Positions 1 to 12,597 of a stretch of DNA of 64,000 bases are shown here, in pieces. This DNA comes from Malacoraja senta (Eukaryota). Below the pieces are notes generated by a model. That model did not search any database, had not been told where the DNA came from, and worked only from the letters and a program-made list of their open reading frames with translations. Position numbers and translations under genes: made by a program. The DNA lies in NCBI GenBank assembly GCA_038087875.1, contig JAXLNO010000362.1, forward strand, positions 62,001 to 126,000, written 5' to 3'. Every line of letters starts with the position of its first letter. Position 1 is the first letter of the stretch.

Positions 1-2830
1 AAAAAAAGAAGAGGGCAGTAGTAATAGGGGACTCTATAGTTAGTGGGTCAGATAGGCGATTCTGTGGACGCAGTCGGGAGACCCGGATGGTAGTTTGCCT
101 CCCTGGTGCCAGGGTCTGGGATGTGTCTGAACGTGTCCAAGATATCCTGAAATGGGACGGAGAGGACACTGAGGTCATGGTACATATAGGTACCAATGAC
201 ATAGGTGGAAAAAGAGAAGAGGTCCTGAAAGGAGAATTTAGGGAGTTAGGAGGAGAGTTAAGGAGAAGGACCGCAAAGTAACAATTTCAGGATTACTGCC
301 TGTGCCACACGACAGTGAGAGTAGGAATGGAGCGAGGTGGAGGATAAATGCGTGGCTGAAGGACTGGTGCAGAGGGCAGGGATTCAAGTTTCTGGATCAT
401 TGGGACCTCTTTTGGGGAAGGTGTGACCTGTACAAAAAGGACGGGTTGCACTTGAACCCGAGGGGGACCAATATCCTGGCGGGGAGATTTGCAAAGGCTA
501 CTGGGGAGACTTTAAACTAGAACGGTTGGGGGGAGGGACTCAAATAGAGAAAGCTAGTAGACAGTGTGTGAGGCAGCAGCCAGAGAAGGGAAGCACTCAG
601 ACCCAACATGTAGGGGGGAAAGAAGAAAAAAATAATAAACAGAGAATTAGTGGTGGGTTTCTTAAATGTGTGAGCAGAGAGACAGAGGGGTGTAAAATGA
701 GGGTAGAAGCAATAGGTAGCAAGGTGAAAAGTAAAAATGGCAGGCAGACAAATCCAGGGCAAAAATCAAAAAGGGCCACTTTTCAACATAATTGTATAAG
801 GGGTAAGAGTGTTGTAAAAACAAGCCTGAAGGCTTTGTGTCTCAATGCAAGGAGCATTCGTAATAAGGTGGATGAGTTGAATGTGCAGATAGCTATTAAT
901 GACTATGATATAGTTGGGATCACGGAGACATGGCTCCAGGGTGACCAAGGCTGGGAGCTGAACATCCAGGGATATTCAATATTCAGGAGGGATAGACAGA
1001 AAGGAAAAGGAGGTGGGGTAGCGTTGCTGGTTAGAGAGGAGATTAACGCAATAGAAAGGAGGGACATTAGCTTGGAGGATGTGGAATCGATATGGGCAGA
1101 GCTGCGAAACACTAAGGGGCAGAAAACGCTAGTGAGAGTTGTGTACAGGCCACCTAACAGTAGTAGTGGAGTTGGGGATGGCATCAAACAGGAAATTAGA
1201 AATGCGTGCAACAAAGGTAAAACAGTTATAATGGGTGACTTCAATCTACATATAGATTGGGTGAATCAAATTGGCAGGGGTGCTGAGGAAGAGGATTTCT
1301 TGGAATGTATGCGGGATAGTTTTCTAAACCAACATGTAGAGGAACCAACGATATTCTAGACTGGGTATTGAGTAATGAGGAAGGGTTAGTTAGCAGTCTT
1401 CATGTGCGTGGCCCCTTGGGCAAGAGTGACCATAATATGGTCGGTAGTGGGGAAAATGCTAGTCAGTTATTAAAGATGGGATAGCAGCACATTTGGAAAG
1501 TGGTGAAATCATTGGACAAAGTCAGCATGGATTTACGAAAGGTAAATCATGTCTGACGAATCTTATAGAACTTTTCGAGGATGTAAGTAGTAGAGTGGAT
1601 AAGGGAGAACCAGTGGATGTGTTATATCTGGACTTTCAGAAGGCTTTCGACAAGGTCCCACGTAAGAGATTAGTATACAAACTTAAAGCACGTGGTATTG
1701 GGCGTTCAGTATTGATGTGGATAGAGAACTGGCTGGCATACAGGAAGCAAAGATATGGAGTAAACGGGTCCTTTTCAGAATGGCAGGCAGTGACTAGTGG
1801 GGTACTGCAAGGCTCAGTGCTGGGACCCCAGCTATTTACAATATATATTAATGATTTGGACGAGGGAATTGAATGCAACATCTCCAAGTTTGCGGATGAC
1901 ATGAAGCTGGGGGGCAGTGTTAGCTGTGAGGAGGATGCTAGGAGGCTGCAAGGTGACTTGGATAGGCTGGGTGAGTTGGCAAATGCATGGCAGATGCAGT
2001 ATAATGTGGATAAATGTGAGGTTATCCACTTTGGTGGCAAAAACAGGAAAGTAGACTATTATCTGAATGGTGGCCGATTAGGAAAAGGGGAGATGCAACG
2101 AGACCTGGGTGTCATGGTACACCAGTCATTGAAAGTAGGCATGCAGGTGCAGCAGGCAGTGAAGAAAGCGAATGGTATGTTAGCATTCATAGCAAAATGA
2201 TTTGAGTATAGGAGCAGGGAGGATCTACTGCAGTTGTACAGGGTCTTGGTGAGAGCACACCTGGAGTATTGCGTACAGTTTTGGTCTCCAAAACTGAGGA
2301 AAGATATTCTTGCCATAGAGGGAGTACAGAGAAGGTTCACCAGACTGATTCCTGGGATGTCAGAACTTTCATATGAAGAAGGACTGGATAGACTCGGCTT
2401 GTACTCGCTAGAATTTAGAAGATTGAGGTGGGATCTTATAGAAACATACAAAATTCTTAAGGGGTTGGACAGGCTAGATGCAGGAAGATTGTTCCCGATG
2501 TTGCGGAAGTCCAGAACAAGGTGTCACAGTTTAAGGATAAGGGGGAAATCTTTTGGGACCGAGATGAGAAAAACATTTTTCACACAGAGAGTGGTGAATC
2601 TCTGGAATTCTCTGCCACAGAAGGTAGTGGAGGCCAGTTCATTGGCTATATTTAAGAGGGAGTTAGATGTGACCCTTGTGGTTAAAGGGATCAGGAGGTA
2701 TGGAGAGAAGGCAGGAACAGGATACTGAGTTGGATGATCAGCCATGATCATATTGAATGGCGGTGCAGGCTCGAAGGGCCTAATGGCCTAATTCTGCACC
2801 TATTTTCTATGTTTCTATGTTTCTATAACT
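1..2830 (+). mobile_element. CR1 LINE, degraded: ORF1 SGNH esterase C-terminal part, APE endonuclease, RT and 3' tail; ~0.9 kb internal deletion at ~1440
   Basis: ORF1 motifs GDS..VVCLPGA..HIGTND..DGLHLN. Endonuclease NARSI/GITETW/YRPP/GDFN. RT DFQKAFD/QGSVLGP/KFADD. 3' (ttctatgt)n tail. In-frame stops. Deletion seen against the inverted copy at ~42400-43290. Confidence 0.95.
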
Positions 2831-2839
2831 TAATAATCT

Positions 2840-3870
2840 TTTATGTTTCAATAAGATACCCTCTCATCCTTCTAAATTCCAGTGTATACAAGCCCAGTCG
2901 CTCCATTCTTTCAAAATTTGACAGTCCTGCCATCCTGGGAATTATCCTTGTGAACCTACGCTGCATTCCCTCAACAGTAAGAATGTCCTTCCTCAAATTT
3001 GGAGACCAAATACTCACACAATACTCCAGGTGTGGTCTGACTAGGGCCCTGTACAATTTGCTCCTATATTCAACTCATCTTGTTATGAAGGCCAACATGC
3101 CATTAGCTTTCTTCGCTGCTTGCTGTACCTGCATGCTTACTTTCAGTGACTCAACAAGGACACCCAGATCTCTTTGTACTTCCCCTTTTCCTACCTTAAT
3201 ACCATTCCGATAATAATCTGCCTTCCTGTTCTTCCCACCAAATTGGATGACCTCACATTTATCCACATTAAACTGCATCTGCCATGCATCTGCCTACACA
3301 CCCAACCTGTCCAAGTCACCCTGCATCCTTATAGCATCTTCCTCACAATTCACACTGCCACCCAGCTTTGTGTCATCTGCAAATTTACTAATGTTACTTT
3401 TAATCCCTTCATCTAAATCCTTAATGTATATTGTAAATAGCTGCGTTCCTAGCATCGAGCATCACGGTACCCCGCTAGTCACTGCCTGCCATTCTGAAAG
3501 GTACCCGTTAATCCCTACTCTTTGTTTCCTGTCTGCCAATCAATTTTCTATCCATGTCAGTACTCTACCCCCAATACCATATGCTCTAATTTTGCCCACT
3601 AATCTCCTATGTGGAACTTTATCAAAGGTTCTCTGAAAGTCCAGGTACACTACATCCACTGGCTCTCCCTTGTCCATTTTCCTCGTTACATCTTCAAAAA
3701 ATTCCAGAAGATTAGTCAAGCATGATTTTCCCTTCGTTGATCCATGCTGACTCTGACCGATCCTGTTTCATCTTTTAAAATTGACTCCAGCATCTTCCCC
3801 ACCACCGATGTCAGGCTAACTGGTCTATAATTCCGTTTTCTTAAAAAGTGGAATAACATTAGCTACCCTC
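2840..3870 (-). mobile_element. CR1 LINE RT fragment, tail-to-tail with the preceding CR1
   Basis: Minus-strand ORFs YRALVRPHLEYC and QFNVDKCEVI. Confidence 0.9.
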
Positions 3871-4684
3871 CAGACAAGAGACATGCTGGTTGTACTTTGG
3901 CAGTACGGCCCGGAAGTCTCCGCCTACAACGACCAGGACTTCGGGGTGATTTATCTCATCTGCTGATGGCACAGTGCAGTGTATTTATGGGTTTCTCCGC
4001 ATGACTGCGTAGGATTTCTCCGGGTGCTTGTTTCCTCCCGCACTCCAAAGACGTACATGTTTGTGATTAATTGGCTTGGTATAAATGTACAATTGTCCAT
4101 AGTGTGTGTGGCAGTGTTAATGTGCGGGGATCGCAGGTCACTGTGGACTCGGTGGGCTGAAGGGCCTGTCACCGCGCTGTATCTCTAAGCTAAACTAAGT
4201 AACAAATAAGTACAAATTGCTCTCACATTTATACATGAACACCAAAAAAAACATATTTAATGCTATAAATTTAGTTTAATTAATTACAAGGATAGTATGG
4301 TGCAACACAACTTCGGAATTAAACAGATTTACGGGTTGGGTGATGGGTGGGGAGAGATAAGAAGTGGGTGTATCATCACTCTTTGTTTTTCTTTCTGATT
4401 TTGTCTTTTTATTTTTTTACGTTTCTCTCTTTTTTTTTACTTCCTCACTCTTCGACTACACTTATTTGGTAGTCTAGGGATTCTATTCTTACACATTCAC
4501 TTCCTCTTTCATTTTCTCTCTTTCTTGCTTTTTTCTCTCTTTTTCTATTTCATCTTAGCTAAAATTAAAATTGAAGCTGTAGAATAAATGTATTATGTGA
4601 TATGTATTATGTGATGCCGCGGTTTATACTTTTGTACACTGCTTCTAATAAAAATTTAAAATAAATAAATAAATAAATAAATTA

Positions 4685-4975
4685 GTTTAGTTTGAAGATA
4701 CAGCGCGGAAACAGGCCCTTCATCCCACCGAGTCTGCGCCGCCCATCAGTCCCAGCACTATCCTACACTCAGTAGGGACAATTTACATTTATACCAAGCC
4801 AATTGACCTACAAAACTGGAATGTGGGAGGAAACCGAATAACTCGGGGAAAATACACGCAGGTCACGGGGAGATGGTACAAACAAGCACCCGTACAGACA
4901 AGCACCTGTAGTTAGGATCGAAGCTGGGTCTCTGGTGCTGTAATGTGGTAGCTCTACCGCTGCTCCACCTTGCCT
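4685..4975 (-). mobile_element. tRNA-derived V-SINE (HE1/MER6-like), mirrored at ~38870-39165
   Basis: A/B-box-like head, conserved central domain and (taaac)n tail, shared with many copies in the window. Confidence 0.8.
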
Positions 4976-5004
4976 CCTGCCCGAATGCACAGCATGTTTA
5001 CCCA

Positions 5005-5808
5005 GTCAATAGTCACTAGCCAGATTTATTCATCACATACACAATAAAGTGCAGTGAAATGAACTTGCCAGCAGCGGTACAATAAAAAAGAACACACAAT
5101 ACACAATAAACATTTAACACAAACATCCACCACAGCATTCATCACTGTGGTGGAAGGCACAAAGTTCAGTCATTCCTCCTCCATTTTCCTCCGCAGTTGC
5201 CGCTGCGGGTGGCCAGATGTACAGGTAAAGTAAGTCCCGAATCGGTGCTTCCCTACCGCGGCTTCAATATGATGTAAGCCGCAGGCTGGCGGCCGAAGAT
5301 CTAAGTCCCCGCCGTGCCGCGGTTAGAAGCACCGCAGAACGCAGCTTCAAGATGTTGTAGGCCGCAGGCCGGTGGTCGGAGCTCTTCTCCTCCGGGATCC
5401 CCAACGAGGGATCCCAGGCTCCGGACGCCGCACCAGCTGGAAGCTCCGCAGACTGCCGCGCTTCAGGCTGCCGCGGGCCAGTGATCAGAGCACTCCCTTC
5501 TGGCGATCCCTGGCCCCGCGATGAAAAAGTCCATTCTGCGCCCGCTGCATGAAGCTCCGGGCCCGACTCCGGGAAAGGCCACACCAATCCTTGGTGTTAG
5601 GCCGCGAGGGAGGCGACATGGAAACATTTACCTCTCCGTGGAGGAGGCGACCGAAAGCTGTTCCCCCCTTACACCCCCTCACCACCCCCTACACAAGACA
5701 CACCGAGAGACATTAAAACACACATTTGGACATACTAAAATAACAAAAAAAAGTAGAAATGACTAGCACGCTGGTGGCAGGGCAGCCGTCTCGCAGCGCC
5801 CCCACCAA
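5005..5808 (-). mobile_element. GC-rich ~0.8 kb non-autonomous retroelement, mirrored at ~38040-38840
   Basis: 5' GGGGGCGCTG..ACGGCTGCC head, 3' AATAAA plus short tandem tail, no real ORF. Head shared with 12598-13372. Confidence 0.55.
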
Positions 5809-6153
5809 CGTTTTATTTGTCAGGGTTGGGGATTCAAGAACCAGAGGACTTGGGTTTAAGGTGAGCGGGTAAAGATTAAATAGAAACTTGAGGAGCAACT
5901 GTTTCACTCACTGGGAGGAGGGTATGTGGAACGAGCTGCCATTTTACTTCGGAGTCACGTGAGTGACTACGTGAAGAACCCGTCCAGCACGCATGCGCGA
6001 CATTAGCGTTCACGCAGTGCAACAGCGACGAACGGGAGTACAGGCGCTCCCGCTACAAGTTTAAAAAGTGGACCATCAGGTAAGTACATACTCTGAGGTC
6101 GTATTCAAGAAGCTTTGCTCTGCTTTGTCAATTCCAGGAAGAAGCTGGGGAAA

Positions 6154-7400
6154 ATGAGCAAAGCACGGCAAGGGAAAAAGACCGCCCCCCGTTCGACTCC
6201 AACAGAACGGGAGTGTCCCATCAGTGGGGGGCGAGAGGCGGCACCTGGACCGCACATGCTGCGGCGCAACCTCATTGAGACCGAGCCGAGCCCAGTACCG
6301 CTAGCATAGCCTGACCAACAGCAGCGGGCTGGAGGCAAATCAAGGCAAAAAACTAACCGGCCGGTTATTTCTGATTCTAATGAGGAGGACTCTCCGCCTG
6401 AGAGCGGCAGAGCTAGCCGCCTGAGCCGCATGGAAAGGATCATGGAGCAAATGCTCCAGCGAGACTTGCTTCGGGAGCTGGAGCAGTCTCGCCAAGGGAA
6501 CTCAGGCACTCCCACATCAGTGCCCTACAATGCACTGGCCATCGCTTCTCCCTCAGCCGAGGGCAGCGTTGGTGACCAGGGCTGGGTTGGTCAGGAACAG
6601 GGGTCATTGGCTGAAGATATCGGGAGTACGCTTGGGGTACAGGATCAGGAAGTGCTGCTGCGTGTGGTAAATCGCTACGGGGTTACACCACGAGCAGGGC
6701 GGCCGTTGCAGCCAAAACTGGCGGCCAGCATTAACCACCCCTACAAGAACAGGTAGTCAATGAGGCACTGGAACTCTATTCGCCTCCGGAAAACTGCAGT
6801 TCCCTCAACGTGCCGGCCGTTAACAGCCAAATCTGGGGGTATGTTGGACAGAGTATCCGGAACCAGGAGCTAAAATTACAACGTATCCTCAAGCTCCTGA
6901 CGACAGGGATAACATCCTATGCTCGTTCCGTGGATGGGGTGGATATGACCACCAACCAGCAAGACACTCTGGCTCTGCTGTGTAACACTCAATATGAGAT
7001 CAACAACCTCCGCAAGGAGATAATAAGACCTGCCCTCAATCCCAAACATGCAGGACTGTGTAAAACACCGGCCTCAGAGCCACAGATCCTGTTATTTGGA
7101 AAGGACTTGACAAAACAAGTGAAAGACCTGGAGGAAGAGGCCAAAGAATTCGGCCTCATGAGGGCAGGCCCCGGAACGAGCAGACCCACACAACCCAGAC
7201 GGCAGTACCCCACCGCATCCACCAGTCGACGTCAAACTTATCGGACTGGTGAAAGCTCGGGGTCCGTATACCATCCCCGAAAGCCTTTTTTAGGCCAGGG
7301 CCCAGAGCGGACCCCATGGAAAATGCACCATGCCCAACCAGCAGTACATCCAGCAGCACAACCACGGATGAAGAAACTGAAGAAAGGAACACTCCCATAA
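6154..7400 (+). pseudogene. DIRS gag-like ORF1 (stop and frameshift disrupted)
   Basis: Consecutive ORFs 6115-6309, 6430-6756 and 6810-7400 (VPAVNSQIW, RKEIIRPALN, LFGKDL) between the left ITR and RT. Confidence 0.75.
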
Positions 7401-7485
7401 CTATGGAGGTAGGTGGGTCTGGTTCCTACCAGCATATAAAAAAGTGGGGGAACTTTACTAACAGGGGGGAGATTACACCTGTTCA

Positions 7486-9082
7486 TTGAAGCATGGAGGT
7501 CTGTCACGAATGATAGTTAGTATACTTAACAGTATTCGTGGATACAAAAACAAAAAAGATGGTGGTTGTCGCATCATCATTGACTTAACCTCACTAAATA
7601 CCTTTGTTAAGTATGTACATTTCAAAATGGAAACATTTGTAACTGCCAAACAACTGATTTCCAAAGGATACTTTATCGCGAGCATTGATTTAAAAGATGC
7701 CTACTATACAGTACCCATTCAAAAGGTTCATCGCAGATACCTGAAATTACCTGGATGGGGCCTATGGCAGTTTAAAGCGTTGCCTAATGGGTTAACATCA
7801 GCCCCAAGACTATTTACCAAGATATTAAAACCAGCCTTGGCAACATTAAGAAAACAGAGACATATTGTCATGGCATATCTTGATGATATTCTAATAGTAG
7901 GCAAAACCATGGAGTTGGCTAAATCAGCTGTATTAGCTACCAAACAATTGTTTGAAACCCTGGGATTTGTCATACATCCAGATAAATCTAAGTTGACGCC
8001 ATCCACAACTATGGACTATCTGGGATTCACAATTAACTCAGTCCACATGTCTGTAACGTTGCCAAAACATAAAGCAGCAGATTTGTCACGGACGTGTAAC
8101 AATTTAATGGTTAGCAATCGACCAACCATCCGACTAGTGGCAAGAGTAATGGCAAAATGGTAGCAGCATTTCCAGCTACACAATTTGGACCCCTGCACTA
8201 TCAAAACCTACAAAAGGCAAAAGTACAGGCGTTAAAAAACGAACATGCAGGTCACTTTGACCGAACCATGAAATTACCCATTGAAGCTATATCAGAGTTA
8301 CAGTGGTGTATAGAACACATTTGGCATAGTTCCAGCCCTATCATCATCAAAAACCCAACATTAACTATACAAACAGATGCCAGTGCTCAAGGCTGGGGAG
8401 CAACTAATACCATATCCAGCACAGGTGGTAGATGGACTAACCTAGAATCATCTTTACTACAAACACTGGGCATAAATTATTTGGGAAATGTTGGGTGCGT
8501 TTTATGGTTTAAAAGCATATTCCACGAATATGCACCATCTGCATGGTTCGTTTACAAATTGATAATACCACGGTGGTGGCCTATATTAACCATATGGGCG
8601 GAATAAAATCGATATCATGTGACAATTTGGTCAACCAAATCTGGCAATGGTGTGTCAAAAGACATATTTGGCTATCAGCAACTTACCTACCAGGTAAGCT
8701 AAATACAGTGGCAGACACCAGGTCACGCAAATTCAATGATAACACCGAATGGATGTTAAATCCTAGAGCTTTTGCTAAAATTACAAAGCAATATGGCACA
8801 CCAGATATCGATCTCTTTGCATCCAGACTAAATCGCCAGGTACCAATGTATGTCGCTTGGGAACCAGACCCTGAGGCAGCAGCGATAGATGCATTCGCGC
8901 TGAACTGGGGAAACTATTTATTTTATGCTTTTCCCCCCTCTGCCTCATCAGTAGGGTACTACGCAAAATACAGATGGACTTCCGCTTCAGGTATTTTGAT
9001 AGTACCCGACTGGCCTACACAGCCATGGTTCCCAGTGGTCCTCGACATGGTCATCGAAACTCCTATGACCTTTTACCAGTAG
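7486..9082 (+). pseudogene. DIRS pol: RT, RNase H and adenine-methyltransferase-like domain, frameshifted
   Basis: RT: IDLKDAYY, LPNGLTSAPRLFTK, AYLDD. RNase H: IQTDAS..GWGA, IDNTTVVAYINHMGG, PGKLNTVAD. MT-like: DIDLFAS, YAFPP, VPDWPTQPWF. Confidence 0.92.
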
Positions 9083-9151
9083 CCCAGACTTATTGACTCA
9101 CCCGGTATCAGGCATAAGTCATCCATGCCATGACAGAATTAACCTACTGGG

Positions 9152-10140
9152 TTGCAGATTATGAAAAGACCACTGCTGGGCCTGGGATTATCTGACAGGA
9201 CCATGAACACCATGACAGCGTCCCACCGTATGTCCACCAGGAAACAATACCTATCGAGCATCAGGAAGTGGGAAAGATACTGCTCGACTACTGGGACAAC
9301 ATACTCATCTGCAACCATAACCAATGTACTGGAGTTCCTGGCTGGCCTTCACCATAATGAAGGACTGAGCTACAGCACCATCAACACTGCCAGAAGTGCT
9401 CTGTCAGCCTACTTAAAACAAGTACCAGGACAACAGGCCATAGGGTCTCAACCCTCTGGTGATCAAACTCATGAGGGGTATATTCAACTCCAACCCCCCT
9501 AGACCTAGGTACACCCAAATCTGGGATGTCAGTGTGGTCCTGACATACCTAAGGGGATGGTCACCAGCCAGGTCTCTCACCCTGGAACAGCTAACCCTGA
9601 AAACGGTCATGCTGATGGCACTAGTCTCAGCACAAAGAGTCCAGTCCCTCCACTTACTGTGACTGGACAACATGGTTATAACACCAGACCGGGTCTCATT
9701 CACCATTGAGGAGCTGGTAAAGCAGAGCAGGCAGGAACTTCAGACCTAGTTATGGGATTTCCGGGCATACCCACCTGACCCACGGTTGTGTGTCATGACT
9801 CACCGACTCACTTACATCAACACAACAAGAGATTCCCGAGGGAGAGAAAAAGCATTATGGGTCAGCCACAAGAAACATCATGGTCGGGTGACGAGCCAAA
9901 CCATCTCAAGATGGCTCAAGCAGGTACTGGGAAGCTGCTGGAGTAGATACTGACGTATATACATCTCACTCCACCAGGGCAGCATCCACATCGGCGGCTA
10001 AAAGGATGGACGTACCACTGGACCACATCCTGGCTACAGCGGGGTGGTCCATGGAGAAAAACGTTCCAAACGTTTCTACAACAAGCGCTAGCAGAACCTG
10101 TGTTATTTGCAGAAAGAGTTTTAGAATCTGCAAATATATA
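9152..10140 (+). pseudogene. DIRS tyrosine recombinase, frameshifted
   Basis: YSTINTARSALS, PRYTQIWDV, SAQRVQSL, HSTRAASTS (~9967-9995), AGW, FYNK. Confidence 0.9.
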
Positions 10141-10308
10141 ATTTAAGCCCGGGGGAGCATTTTTTCTTTTGTTATTGTTTAATAAATACCATTATTGTTT
10201 ACAAACAGATTCATGGTTGATTACGATAACATACTTCCTCCTTTGAATGACTTCGGCAGCGAGTGAAGTATGAACTGTTACACGTTTGAAATCACAGAGC
10301 TTTAAAAT

Positions 10309-10420
10309 CTTCACGTAGTCACTAACGTGACTCCGAAGTAAAATAGTAAGATTAAACGAGAACTTACCAGTTTGAAGTTTGATCTGTATTTTATGAGGAG
10401 TTACGATGAGGGATTACGTG
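10309..10420. other. DIRS internal complementary region (ICR)
   Basis: Reverse complement reads ...gtttaatcttact-ATT-ttacttcggagtcacg..., i.e. right end joined to left end. Confidence 0.92.
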
Positions 10421-11278
10421 CCCACCGCTCCCACCCTCAATTATAGAGATCAACTGGTATCTTAGTTCTCCTTTTTCTTTACTACTGTTTATTTCAATTA
10501 TTGTGTTTCCTGTGATTCACACCGCTGCTTTGAAGTATGTCGCGCATGCGTGCTGGATGGGTTCTTCACGTAATCCCTCATCGTAACTCCTCATAAAATA
10601 CAGATCAAACTTCAAACTGGTTAAGTTCTCGTTTAATCTTACTATTATATACATTAATTGTCTTGGTATAAAAGTAAAAATTGTTCCTAGTGTAGGATAG
10701 TGTTAGTGTGCGAGGATCGCTGGTTAGTGCGGCCACAGTGGGCCCGAAGGGCCTGTTTCTGCGCTGTATCTCTAAACTAAACTAAACTAAACCATTAACA
10801 GTGTAGGAAGGAACTGCAGGATATTGAGTTGGATGATCAGCCATGATCATATCGAATGGTGGTGCAGGCTCGAAGGGCCGAATGGCCTACTCCTGCACCT
10901 ATTTTCTATGTTTCTAAACCTGTCCTATCCCTGTACCTGCCCAATGTCTTTTAAATGTTATAGTTGCTGCCTCAATCACCTCCACCGGCAGCTTGTTCCA
11001 TACATCCACCACACTCTGAATGAAAACATTTCCCAAAAGTTCCTATTAAATATTTCCACCCTCACATTAATCATATGTCCTCAGGTTCTTCATTCCCCCA
11101 AATTTCGAGTTGGGACCCTTCTGTAACATCACCTATTCTTCCAGAGGTGCTGCCTGTCCCGCTGAGTTACTCCAGCACTTTGTACCTATCCACATTCTCC
11201 AGAGATGCTGCTTAACCCACTGAGTTACTCCCAGCACTTTGTACCTATTGAATGCAGTGAAGGCTTGTATGTACTTAC

Positions 11279-11350
11279 CAAGTGAAAACATGAAGGGGTA
11301 ATTCAAATCCATGAACTTCTGAAAGGTATAAATCATAGTCGCTGTGTAGA
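11279..11350 (-). pseudogene. 72-bp exon copy 1 of IZUMO/SPACA6/TMEM95-like cassette (VYTATMIYTFQKFMDLNYPFMFSL)
   Basis: Polypyrimidine + cattag acceptor and GTAAG donor; phase 1/1. Confidence 0.6.
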
Positions 11351-12597
11351 CTAATGGAAGAGAGGAAGAGAGAGACAGAGCAATGCTGATGAAGACGGGG
11401 GTCATGGGGTCATGTGAACACAATTAGCTTCTTCCCCACTAAACCCAAACACGTCCACTCTCTCCAGGACATCCTAACTATATCCCTCCCTCCTCCCTCC
11501 CTCCCATCCTCCTTCCCTCTCCCCCTTCCTCGCTCTCTCACTCCCTCCTTACCTCTCTCCCCTCCCAACCTTACTCTCTCCCTCCTTCCCTCCCTCATCC
11601 CTCTCTCCATCACTCCCTCTACCCTTCCATCCTCCCTCCCCCCCCCTCTCCTCTCTCCTCCCTCCCTCCCTACTTTACCTCCGTCCCACACTCTCTCCTT
11701 CCCTCCCTCCCCCTCACCTCCTCTCCTCCCTCTCTCCCCATCCTCCCTTCCTTCTCCCCTCTCCCCTCCCTCCTTCCATCTGTCCTACCTTTCCTTCCCT
11801 ATACCCTCCCTCTCTCCCTTCCTCTCTGTCTCCTTCTCGCTCCCTCCCTCCCTCTCGCCCCTCTCCGTCTCGCCTCTCCCTCCTCCTCGGTCCCTCCCTC
11901 CTTCCTCCCTTCCTCTCCCTTCCTTCTCTCCCTTCCTTCTCTCCCTCCACTCTCCCTCCCTTCCCTCCGTCCCTCCCTCATCCCTCATCCCTCATCCCTA
12001 TCCGTGTTCTCCAGAGATGCTGCCTGTCCCGCTGAGTTACTCCAGCACTCCGTGTCTCCAATTTTGTGTCGACGCCTGGGTTGGTCTCTGTGACGAGACA
12101 CTGCAGATGCTGGAAATCGAAGGTAAACAAAAATGCTGGAGAAACTCAACGGGTGAGGCAGGCATCTATGGAACGAAGGAGTAAGCCGACGTCACCTATT
12201 CCTTCGCTCCATAGATGCTGCCTCACCCGCTGAGTTTCTCCAGCATTTTTCTCAACCTCTGTTTGGTCGTGGATTCTGAGGACGAATGTTTCCACTCAGC
12301 TGGACCCGGTTATCACTTACACCAAGGACTTCAAAATGGATGAGAGGGGAAGGGAGGGAGGGAAGGAAGAGTGAGAGGGAGGGTAGGTTGGGAGGGAGAG
12401 GGAAGAAGAGAGGGTGCAATGGGAGGGTTGGAGAGAGGGAGGGGGGTGGATAGAATGGGGGCGGTGAGGAGGGGAGCCTCTCTCTACTTTTGCTCCCTTC
12501 TGCCCTCCCTCTCTCCCCCCTCTCTCTCCCTCATCCCTGTACCTATCCACGTTCGCCAGAGATGCTGCCTGACCCGCTGAGTTATTCCAGCACTTTG

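Larger units (their letters stand above)
5941..10646 (+). mobile_element. DIRS1-type tyrosine-recombinase retrotransposon, near full length, frameshifted
   Basis: Inverted terminal repeats (gtgaagaacccgtccagcacgcatgcgcgacat vs atgtcgcgcatgcgtgctggatgggttcttcac). ICR at ~10309-10420 is complementary to both ends. Domains in order gag, RT, RNase H, MT, YR. ATT at both junctions. Empty site at 37903-37905. Confidence 0.97.
1..10819. repeat. Left arm of inverted segmental duplication (includes the later DIRS insertion 5941-10646)
   Basis: Colinear reverse-complement match to 37731-46330 across CR1, SINE and non-repeat AT-rich spacers. ORF 5713-5907(-) is identical to 37939-38133(+). The match ends at ctgcag 10814-10819. 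Confidence 0.93.

Noticed and set aside
11410..12184. Long Pro/Ser/Leu-rich and Gly/Arg/Glu-rich ORFs (e.g. 256 aa at 11414)
   Set aside because: Translation of low-complexity C/T tracts that lack stop codons; no coding signature
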